NCBI GenBank assembly: GCA_038087875.1
Contig: CM075993.1
Location: forward strand, 1,116,001 to 1,180,000
DNA: 64,000 nt
Source: Malacoraja senta
Lineage: Eukaryota
Direction: 5' to 3'
Part shown: in pieces, positions 23,707 through 34,600 of the stretch
Layout: every line of letters begins with the position of its first letter
Position numbering within the stretch: the first letter of the stretch is position 1
Notes under the pieces: model-generated
Seen by the model: the letters and a program-made list of their open reading frames with translations, nothing else
The model's database searches: none
Told to the model about the DNA's origin: nothing
Translations under genes and position numbers: made by a program

Positions 23707-26066
23707 CTTCAAAAGTTACGGAACAACCCAATTAGTCAAAAGACGAAGGGAATTGAAATGCAAAAGGTCTGTTCCTTTAGTAAAAAAATAGGACATTAAC
23801 TATTAAAGTCATAACATTCACCCCTTTTGGCTAATAGCGTTTCAATCTTAACAATGGAAAATCATAGAAATGGGTCAAGATCATGGTACAGGTGTCATCA
23901 AGATAGGTAATAGTTGGAAAATGTGTGAGTATCCTATGAGTATTTAAACCAAATAAACCATAAAGATTTAATATTCAATCCTTAATCTGTGTTGATTGAG
24001 CTGATCTTGCAGGGTTCATGCTCACCACTGAATTCCACTGGTCACTGCCTGAATCATACGTGAACATTGGGTGAAGTTCAGATTGCTGTACCAACTCCCT
24101 CACAGTTGAATAGCTGGCAGATAAGGCTTAGAGGATGTACCAGAGAGTATCTGGTTTGAAGACTATGCCTCAGTGAGAGATCTTCTCCCACGTATGAGCA
24201 ATAATAAATGAAAAATCAACACTGAAAATAAACTGAAAAGGTGTCAACAAGCTCGGTTTTAAAAGTCTGCAATCTGTACATGATAACCTAATTCAAATAT
24301 TGCTCCTTTTAAAATCACCTCAAATCTAAACACTCCCACCATTCCCCGTACAAAGCGAAAATGACTGGCTATGCAGTAATTCTGCGGCTGTCTGACATTT
24401 CAGAAGACAAAAATCAGTACAAAAGAAATAAATCACAAACTTTTAGATTCAGATAATCATTGCAGAGTGGGTAGCTTACAGCTCTCAATTACACCAGTCT
24501 TCATCTTGGCAAATAATCTCTGCTAAGGTTCGATTAGTTCTCCAATATTGCAATTAGTGTGATCGTTGCACTCTCAAATTCTACTGAACACTCAGAACTG
24601 TCAAAGTCCACACAATACTGACATGCCGTGAAGTACTTAAATCTTTTCTCCTTGCCACGGAAGACATCTTATTGTACCATAATGAAAAACAAAACACAGA
24701 GAGAGTCTCAATCTGTCTCAGAGAGAGATAGCTGAATGAGCTGCAGGGCAGAATCCAATGTTCAATACATTTTCATTACAATGTGTCAAGGAAAGTCTTT
24801 TAATAGATGACCAAAGGATTGGACTTTCATTCTGAAAGTTGAAAGGCAAGTTTCCAGCTTATTTCAACTTAATGCAGAGATTTTGTAGATACTTGAAACA
24901 TACCCATGTTCTTCAGCTGAGGATTGCAGTGAAGCACTGCTGTGGCCAGGTGGGCTTTCTACCTACCCACGGTTGCGTGGAATCAGGCAGCAGGGAAAGT
25001 GATCTTTTGATCCAATCTGAACATCCTGGAAAAGTTTACTTTTAAATCCTACCCAACTCACCCACAGCTAAATACCACTCACAAATACACAAAGGAAAAC
25101 ACCAGCATGTCACAGATATATATACAAATGACAACACAATCTGGTCACATTGGAACCAAACCCAGCCTGCTCCCACTCCAGCATGTTGCATGAATCTCAT
25201 CAATTCCGGACTCTGAGGAAGTGAATAAATGAGTTGATTAATGTAGACTGATGCATGTAAAGTAATTTTTAGCAGAGGTAAACAGCCATCACGCAGGGCC
25301 TCGGAATATTCCAACTTTCAGCTCTCATTCCCATGCAACTGCCCTTTTAACAAGTGACTGTTCATTTGACTGTGTAATACCATAGACTATTTCTTCAGCT
25401 TGTCCGACTCTTGCATATGCAATCAATTCTAGTTCTAATGGAATGAAATCTTCTTCTGTCTTTAAGGACCAATATGAAATGACCACCTCATTCCTGTTTA
25501 AACACATGTTGGCAAAGTTAAAGTATACACCTAACTTGATTGTAAAGTTAAGTCAATATCACTGTTGTTCATACAACCTGCACCCAGGGGGTACTCTGAG
25601 CCAAACCACTTTAAACCAAGATAGGATACTCAATTAATGTAGAACTGATTGGACGAACTGCAAAAGTATAAAATTAAAAACTTGCAGCATCATGGTCAGA
25701 GTAAACCATAAAGGAATAGAAAATGGATTGAGAATTCATAACATTGTTGTAGGAGCAGAATTAGACCATTCGGCCCATCAAGTCTACTCCGCCATTCAAT
25801 CATGACTGATCTATCTCTCTCTCCTAACCCCATTCTCCTGTCTTCTCCCCATAACCTCTGACACCCGTACTTGTGCTTTTTTGTTTAAGAGTTTTTAAGA
25901 ATTGTGCTTTTTTAATTATTTGATGCAGGTTTTGCTGCATTTTAAAACTTCTGCTGCGCATCCCTCGTGTGCTGGAGTGGTTGCAGTTCTGGTGCTGTCA
26001 TTTGGAAGAGCCGTCACCAGGAGAAGGATATCACCACAAGCACATAAAACAGACAAACCAAATTAC

Positions 26067-26084
26067 CTTTTTATTACCATTCGG
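26067..26084 (-). CDS. MYO9A: Candidate 18-nt MYO9A microexon (PNGNKK)
   Basis: ttttctctttgttgctcatgcag|CCGAATGGTAATAAAAAG|gtaatt; in frame and phase 0/0; supported by splice signals only. Confidence 0.4.
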
Positions 26085-26912
26085 CTGCATGAGCAACAAA
26101 GAGAAAACATGAAAAGTTTCAGCGACTCTTACTTGCGGAAAGATAAAGTGATTTGTGAAAATGGTGTAGATATGGTGTAGGCCAAGATGGTTCAGACCTT
26201 CAATCAAATCAATTGCACAAATCTCTTACTTAATAAATATTATTGTTATGGTGGACATTTACATTGCTACTGTTTCATGTGCCATTTGTGTGGTAACCAG
26301 TTCCTAATGACTCCTACAGCTACAATACTTTACCATGTGTAGGAGCATACGCAGCTTGCCATGATAAGGCAGTCTAATACTTAAACTATTACATACATAC
26401 TATTCTACTAATGCACGATCCAGAAATGAAAATGTCACGGCTTATTAATTAAAAATGCATCATTGCCTGAGTTTTACACCATCAATTAGCAGAATTAAGT
26501 TACAGGAACAAATGTGAATGCTGCAACTTGACACACGTCTGTTCCGTTTTAATCATGTATCTGGAAGCCCATGGTGTACGAAGATCATATCCCCAGAATA
26601 CAACTGTCTAATTGAACGGTGAATAAGACTGTTCAGTGTACTGCCAAAATGGTAGAGAAAACTACAATACTGTAAGCAATGTGAGCACTATGATGATGTT
26701 ACTGCACTTGAAACCAAGAGACATGGACTAACAAGGGCCTTTGAGTCCTCCACAATGTGGTTCTAATCCCACGCCTCTCTCTTCCCCCTGCTCTCCCTAG
26801 CATTCAATAACACATCAAACTTTGCCTTGGATCTATCAATGATTGAGAAAACACAACCGAGGTCAAGTATTCCAAAAAATTCGCAAAGCTCCCAAGAAAT
26901 TTCCATCTTGAT

Positions 26913-27805
26913 AGATAGATAGAATCTTTATTTGCCACACGACCAGGGTTGGTGGTATTTGGGTTCGGTACATGATGGTACACTGCTTTAGTCACATTAA
27001 CACTAATAACAACACAAATCATAATAATAAAGTGCATCCATACCACATCACAAATCACAAATCTCACCAACAATACATAGTGCAAAAGAACAGACAAAAA
27101 CCATAAACAAGACACTGTATACATCAAAGTCAAAAAGTTATTGGAGGGAATTAAGTGTTCTTATTGCTGAGGGGAAGAAACTGTTTTTAAAACAGGTGGA
27201 TTTTGTAGCAAGTGACCTAAGGCGCCTCCCTGAAGGGAGAGACTGGAAAAGGTGGTTTGCTGGATGGGAGGGGTCCGAGATGATCTTTGTTGCCCGTTTT
27301 GAGGTACGTTGGAGACAAATGGAATGGATTGAGAGGAGGGGAGAGTTGATAATCCTAGAAGCCTTGGAGACAATGCGCTGTATTCTATGTAGAGAATGAC
27401 TATCAGTGTTTCCGTACCAGACTGTGATTGAGGAGGTGATGATGCTTTCAATGATGGATTGATAGAAGCAGACCAGGAGGTGTTTGTGGACTCTGAACTT
27501 TTTGAGCTGTCAGAGGAAGTCTAGATGTTGTTGTCCTTTCTTGATGATGTGGGCTGCATTGATGTGCCATTTTAGATTATTACAGATATAGGTGCCCAGA
27601 AACTTAAATAAGTTCATGGAGGTTATGGGATGGGAGTTGACATGGACCGGGGGTTTGAGGTTTTGTTTGCGTCTGAAATCTATGATGATTTCTAAGGTTT
27701 TTGAGGTGTTAAGCTGGAGGTTGTTTTCTGCGCACCACTTGACTGCGCTGTCCACTGTTTGATGGTATTGTGATTCGTGATTGTGATGGTATTCATATTG
27801 TGATG
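26913..27805 (-). mobile_element. 5'-truncated Rex1/Babar-type LINE
   Basis: WCAENNLQLNTSKTLEIIIDFRR...FKFLGTYICNNLKWHIN RT C-terminal motifs with an in-frame stop; AATAAA plus (TATC)n tail; flanked by a 46-bp direct repeat. Confidence 0.85.
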
Positions 27806-28875
27806 GTATTCCAAAAAATTCGCAAAGCTCCCAAGAAATTTCCATCTTGATCTAACAGGCCAGCCTTTGTCCTAAAATGACCACTGCTGAGATAATATCC
27901 TAAGATAACAAGTACTGAAAATGAGAAGATGAGACACAAAATGCTGGAGTAACTCAGCGAGACAGGCAGCATCTCTGGAGAGAAGGAATGGGTGACGTCT
28001 CGGGTCGAGACCCTTCAGTCTGAAGAAGGGCCTCAACCCGAAACATCACCGATTCCTTCTCTCTAGAGATGCTGCCTGTCCTGCTGATTCACTCCAGCTT
28101 TTTGAGTCTCTCTTCGGTTTAAACCAGCATCTGCAGCTCCTTCCTGCACTGAAAATGAGAAAATGAATCAGAAGCAAACACTTCAGAGTCTCAATGATGC
28201 TATCCAATGGTCCACCATGTAGAGATTTGCCAGAAGAACAAATCTTTTAGCAAAAGCAATCAATGCTAACATGTATAAACAAATTGACTAGAATGCATGA
28301 ATAGCCAATGGATTTTGAATAAATCAGACAGAACTGTTCTAGCAACAGTTCTTTTATTGATTTTTGTTTACCCGTAAGTTTGTTCCAGTTAATACCAAAT
28401 CGGAAGCAGAAATGATGAGACAGGAAACTTAAGAACTAATTTTTGTTGGTATGTGCTTAACATGCATGTTAGGAGCAACTGGGAAGAGGCACCCTGCTGC
28501 TGTAATTTACCAAATCAAGATCAATGGCAAGATCAATGGATCAGAGATGCCTTTCAGACTGTTGTCACAGATAATAAACAGAATGTTGAACTCACGTTAG
28601 GTTTTCATCTCAGTATCACACAGGAATCAGAGCACATTTAACTACCTTCCCCATCACCTCCCACTCCTACCTGCTTCCCAAGGGACCTTCTGACAACGAG
28701 AACAAACACTGAAACCTATTGTCTGACTGATCTCCTTGGCACAGTTTCTGAAAATCTTGCTGAACAGTAGAGTCAGGGAGGGTAATGTCATTCATACCTG
28801 ATTACTTTTTTGAAGGTTTTAAACTCGTTGAACTTTATTTTTACCAAGCCATAAGGCATATTTCAATATAGCAAG

Positions 28876-29069
28876 GTAGACACAAAATGCTGGAGTAACT
28901 TAGCGGGGATAGGCAGCATCTCTGGCGAGAAGGAATTTGATGACGCTTCGGGTTGAGACCCTTCTTCAGACTGATGTCAGGGGAGTGGGCGGTACAGATA
29001 AAATGTAGTCGGAGACAGTAAGACTGGTAGGAGAACTGGGAAGGGGGAGGGAATGGAGAGAGGGAAAGC
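28876..29069 (-). mobile_element. Penelope-derived element with extended CT-rich 5' part
   Basis: Reverse complement aligns by eye with parts of 53375-53663. Confidence 0.7.
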
Positions 29070-29721
29070 ACGACTTATTTCTGGGGCTGTTACATTCTCT
29101 TTCTACAAGTTTTTTACATTACATTTTATTCCATGGCAGGGTGAGGGGTTGAGAGGGCAAAATATATTAACCATGATTGAATGGTGGAGCAGACTCAATA
29201 GACCAAATGGCCTAATTCTGTTCCTAAGTCTTGAGTATTGATGGTAGTACCCCCGTAGGTGAGGTAGTAATGCTGAGTTACCATTTTGAACCAATAGAGT
29301 ACTTCTGGGGACGGTACTCATTATTATGTTGAACAGGGAGTGCAAGAAAAACACAGCAACGATGATCAAACAGTGAAATATTTCCAAGTCAGGATGGTGT
29401 GCATCTTGAAGGACCACAGGCGCCCTCTAACATTGACTGCCCTAGTCCTTCCATATGCTCCAAAAGCAGTCTTGAAAGGTGCACAAAAATGCTTTGGTAC
29501 TTTGTAGCAGTACATATTGTAGAGAGCATACCTTGAAACTGTGAGACGTTTATGGTTGAAGGAGCAAACAAGCATTTAGTGGGGGCGGAATCACATATTT
29601 AGAGTGGTGAATGATATGCTGGCCCAGTGGGTTTCTTTGTTCTGGTTGTATTGTCCTTGAATATTGTTGCAGCTACTAGTTTAAGCATCCTATCATAACT
29701 CTGACGTTATAGCGAGACATG

Positions 29722-29957
29722 TGTTGTTAAACAAAGTCATCTTTATTGAGTTGAACAAAGAACAGTTCACACATGACAGTGGGGGGGGGGGGTAAGAAGA
29801 GGCCGACTCGGGAGCCCCAAAGTTCTATATATATATAACAGGGCACACCCCTAAGTCATGTGACGACTTCTTCCCGACAAACCTAGTCACGTGACCCTGC
29901 CAGTCCAAGGGCCGAGGGTTCGCTCAATAAGTGGCCGAACCACCGGGTGGCGCCACA
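29722..29957 (-). mobile_element. Solo LTR of a second LTR family
   Basis: On the - strand it reads TGTGGCGCC...TTTAACAACA, with a (TA)n TATA box (29826-29837) about 80 nt upstream of AATAAA (29742-29747). TSD ambiguous (ATG, or ATGTGT/ATGTCT if the end is 29725). Confidence 0.7.
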
Positions 29958-29969
29958 ATGTCTTCATTG

Positions 29970-30721
29970 TGGCCGATTAGGAAAAGGGGAGATGCAACGA
30001 GACCTGGGTGTCATGGTACACCAATCATTGAAAGTAGGCATGCAGGTGCAGCAGGCAGTGAAGAAAGCAAACGGTGTGTTAGCATTCATAGCAAAAGGAT
30101 TTGAGTATAAGAGCAGGGAGGTTCTACTGCAGTTGCACAGGGTGTTGGTGAGACCACACCTGGAGTATTGCGTACAGTTTTGGTCTCCTAATCTGAGGAA
30201 AGACATTCTTGCCATAGAGGGAGTACAGAGAAGGTTCACCAGACTGATTCCTGGGATGGCAGGACTTTCATATGAAGAAAGACTGGATAGACTCGGCTTG
30301 TACACGCTAGAATTTAGAAGATTGAGGGGGGATCTTATAGAAACTTACAAAATTCTTAAGGGGTTGGACAGGCTAGATGCAGGAAGATTATTCCCGATGT
30401 TGGGGAAGTCCAGAACCAGGGGTCACAGTTTAAGGATAAGAGGGAAGTCTTTTAGGACCGAGATGAGAAAATCATTTTTTACACAGAGAGTGGTGAATCT
30501 GTGGAATTCTCTGCCACAGAAGGTAGTTGAGGCCAGTTCATTGTCTATATTTAAGAGAGAGTTAGATGTGGCCCTTGTGGCTAAAGGGATCAGGGGGTAT
30601 GGAGAGAAGGCAGGGATGGGATACTGAGTTGGATGATCAGGCATGATCATATCGAATGGCGTGCAGGCTCGAAGGGCCGAATGGCCTACTCCTGCAGCTA
30701 TTTTCTATGTTTCTATGTTTC
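29970..30721 (+). mobile_element. 5'-truncated CR1 LINE (ORF2 C-terminus and 3' tail)
   Basis: RDLGVMVHQSLK...LVRPHLEYCVQFWSP...RRLRGDLIETYKILKG...FFTQRVVNLWNSLP, open to the stop at 30627; (TTTCTATG)n tail. Confidence 0.93.
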
Positions 30722-31367
30722 ATGGTAAACAGGTTTAAATAGAGTAAAAATAATCTGCTCTGTCATATTTCTCTGGTCACAATATTTAGCTTGCTAGGCA
30801 GGATGGCACCACCAGCAGTGGCTGCCTCGTCAACAGTCTGTCTGTTCTTTCTTCTTTTTGTTATTTTTAGTATGTGTTAAAAAGTATGTTTTAGTGTTCC
30901 TTGGTTTGTTTTATGTTGGGGGTTGGGGAGAGTTGGGGAAAACTTTTTTTTCCAATCTCTTACCACGACTGAGATGTGATTTTTTTCCGTATCGTATCTC
31001 CGTTCGCACTGCGGCCTAACGGAGTTGGCGGCCTTTCCTGGAGACCGACCTGTTGGAGCTCCAAGCTGCGGGAGTCTGCGGGACTTTAACATCGCGGAGC
31101 TTGCGATCCCTTTGCCGGGGATCGAAGCTCCAACCGCGGGGCCTGTGGACTTTAACATCGTGAAGTCCGCGGTCTCTGGTAAGAAGAGGCCGACTCGGGA
31201 GCTCCACGCCGCGGAGAGAGTTTCAACCGCCCTGACGCGGGAGTTTCGATCACCCCGACGGGTGTTTCGATTGTCGGCTGCGTGGGGCTTTGATCGCCCC
31301 GACTGTGGATGGTTTGACTGCCCCGACCACGAGAGAACAAAGAGGAAGAAGATTAAACTTTATTGCC

Positions 31368-31570
31368 TGTAGATGAGATATGCATGTGCCTTTAACATAG
31401 TGACCTCACACCCACTAACCACTCCCCATATCACAAGTATAACTACCACCTCCACACCCACAGATCGCTCTCTAGTTCCTGTGACAGACCACGTACAGCT
31501 AGTGCAATGTATAATGTCCAGTATGAATAAAGATAGTAAAGTAACGATGCCTCGTTATCAAACCTTTACA
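31368..31570 (+). repeat. 5' LTR
   Basis: TGTAGATG...CCTTTACA; AATAAA at 31526-31531; identical to 35899-36101. Confidence 0.97.
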
Positions 31571-31580
31571 TGGTGTCAAA
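31571..31580 (+). promoter_or_regulatory. Primer binding site (TGGTGTCA..., tRNA-Leu-like)
   Basis: Abuts the 5' LTR; TGGTGTCA is complementary to the 3' end of tRNA-Leu(CAA/CAG), but the match is short (8 nt). Confidence 0.75.
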
Positions 31581-31662
31581 TAACTTACCTTGCGCCTCCC
31601 GTTTATCGGTTTATCATTTAATTTTGACCCAGTTTTTTGTTTCCCCCCTAACTGTTTTTGTT

Positions 31663-34600
31663 ATGGCCTCTTCTGCCCGTAAGCCCGATGCGCTCGTTTT
31701 CGATTTCGACATCACCCTTCGATGGGACATATTCAAACGCGACTTTGAACACTATTTCACGATTGCCCATCCTGGCGCCACCGACGCTCTCAAAGCCTCG
31801 CTGCTTCTCAACTTGGCTGGTCCCAACGCCTTGACTCGCTCGGACTTCTTCGTCTACGCTCCTGGAGAATCAGCTCGGGACCCGGCATGTCTGTTGGCTA
31901 AGTTTGACGCTATTTGTGACATTCCTACTAATTGTATTTTAGAACGTTTTAAACTGTTCGCGTGGCGTCAGCTCCCTGGGGAATCTGCTGAGAACTATGT
32001 CATTGCGCTGCGGGACCTGGGCAGGCGCTGCCGCCTCGAGACGTGGACCCCCGATAATGTCATCAGGGACCTACTGGTTTACGGTCTCCGTGATGAGAAG
32101 CTCAGGTCCGAACTACTTCGCAAGCCGGATCTGACCTTGGCCGATGCAATGCACGCGACTCGCTTAGCCGACGCTGTTTCCGCGGCGGCGCCGCCGGCTG
32201 AACAGGCGATCAACTTTGCCAGCACTCCTAGCTATCTCATGAACGCACCCCAGTCGCGACCCCCGGTGTCGCTCGCTGCTCGAGGGGGACGCGCCCCGGG
32301 GTTCGGTGGTGCCACAAGGGGAGACACCCAGCAAAGGTGCCCTAATTGCAACTTCACAACTCATCAGTTCAATGTGTGCCCTGCGCTGGGAAAGAACTGC
32401 AACTCCTGTAATAAGTTGAACCATTTTGCTGCAGCTTGTCGTTCCCGTGGGAAGCCTGTCGCTGCTCGAAGGCAAAATTTAAACAACCTTCTACAGTCGG
32501 ATAATGATCTCAGCTCCCAGCACTATTCCGATGAACATTCTGTTCCTACATCTAACTCCTCTCAGGGGGAAACCAGCTTGTTTACCGTGGTGAACGCACC
32601 TGCTATGATAACGGATCCTTCTGTGCAAGTCACTGTGAACAACTCGACCTTCACGGCCAAAATCGACACTGGGGCGGTTACCAATGTTATGTCAATATCT
32701 CTTTTCAACCAGATAAGGACTAATGAGAAGATATTTTCTCAGAGCTCAAACCTGCATGCCTACGGTGGGGAGATCCTTACTCCTGTGGGCAAGGCCACAC
32801 TACACTGTAAGATACTGAAGGCCACTCGGCCCCTCACCTTCTTTCTCCTCAATCGAAGTTGCGTTCCCCTGCTGGGGATCCAGGCATGCCAGGAAATGGG
32901 ACTGGTGTCCTTCCACCGGGACATCCACCACGTGCAGGCTCTTATGGACCCGCTGGCCGAGTATCCTGACCGCTTTGATGATAACCTAGGCAAACTACCC
33001 TGCAGCTACAAGATTGAAGTGGACCATAAGATCGTTCCTGTGGTCCATGCTCCTCACCGTATTTCCTTCGCCATGAGGGACAAAGTGGAGGCGACCCTAC
33101 ACAGTATGGTACAAATGGGCGTCCTAAAGGCGGTCGTCGAGCCCACCAGCTGGGTCTCTTCCATGGTTGTTGCTGCTAAAAAGGACATGAGTAAGATACG
33201 CATCTGCATCAACCCCAGAGACCTCAACCTGGCCATTCGGCGCCCTCACTACCCTATGAGAACGGTGGAAGACGTCGCTGCACGGGTTGGTCCAGCAACG
33301 GTCTTTTCGGTCCTCGATGCCAAGAGTTCATTCTGGCAGATACCACTGGACGAGCGGTCGTCCATTTTGACAACCTTCGCCACCCCCTATGGAAGGTTTC
33401 GGTTCCTCCGAATGCCCTTCGGAATCAACTCTGCCAGCGAGGTATTCCAGCGAACCATGGAACAGTTGTTTTCAGATCTGCCTTGCGCCATAATTGTTGA
33501 CGACATCCTCGTTTACGGTAAGGATGTTGCCGAACACGATGTCAACCTCCGCCTGATCCTGGACCGGGCCAGGCAAATCAACTTGAAACTGAACCCCAAG
33601 AAGTGCCGATTCCGCATCTCGGAGGTCACCTATGTTGGACACGTATTCACCGCTGAGGGGCTGAAGCCAGACCCGCAGAAAACGACTGCCATCTCAGGGA
33701 TGCCTCCTCCTACTAACGTGGCAGGCCTGCAACGCTTTCTCGGCTTGGTAAACTACCTGGGGAAGTTCATCCCCGACCTAAGCGAGCTCAGCGCTCCCCT
33801 GAGGGATCTGATCAAAAAGGACACTTCCTGGCTTTGGTTACCCAATCATCAGAAGGCATTTGACATTCTTAAGTCTAAACTGATCAGCACACCCACGCTC
33901 AAGTTCTTTGACCTGCGGCATCCCATTGTCCTCACCTGCGACGCCTCTCAATTCGGACTCGGTGCCGCCTGCCTCCAGGTCCATGACGGCCTGCAGATGC
34001 CTGTCTCATTCGCGTCCCGCACCATGACCGCCACCGAACAGCACTACGCGCAGATTGAGAAGGAGCTACTGGCCGTGCTGTTTGCCTGCTCCAAATTCCG
34101 GGACTACATCGTGGGCAACACTTTCACCGTTGAAACTGACCATCAACCACTTGTTACCATCCTCAACAAACCGATCCATGTGGCCTCATCACGTCTGCAG
34201 CGCATGCTGCTGCAGCTCCAGCGTTTCACGTTCACGGTGGTGTATCGTAAGGGGAAGGACATGTTCGTAGCCGACACGTTGTCTCGCGCCCCGCTGACGT
34301 CCACTGCTCGCCACCAATACAAAACGTCCGAGTTACTAGTACTACGATTGAACTTCGTCCCCTCGCCACAGATGAAGTCCCTGGTTGAACACACTACCAA
34401 CGACCCTGCCCTGCAACAGCTGTCTGCCGTCATCCGGCAGGGCTGGCCTGACCGTCGCTCGGCACTGCCGGCTGGAGCCGTGCCCTACTTCCTGATTCGG
34501 GACGAGCTCGTATTGCACGACGGCGTGGTGGTGAAGGGTCACAAAGTAGTCGTGCCCGCGGCGCTGCACGACCACTATTTTCAGGTCGCACACCGCGGTC

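Noticed and set aside
26133-26197. Possible MYO9A exon ending at a caa|gtaaga donor near 26132
   Set aside because: The nearest acceptor is weak, gives 65 nt with an in-frame TGA, and leaves only 48 nt to the next acceptor.
29947-30627. 226-aa ORF as a stand-alone gene
   Set aside because: It is the C-terminal part of CR1 ORF2, with its start codon borrowed from the adjacent solo LTR.
31570-31662. ORF-track start of the 1419-aa protein at 31570
   Set aside because: That ATG is formed by the last base of the LTR plus the TG of the PBS; the ATG at 31663 is the more plausible gag start.
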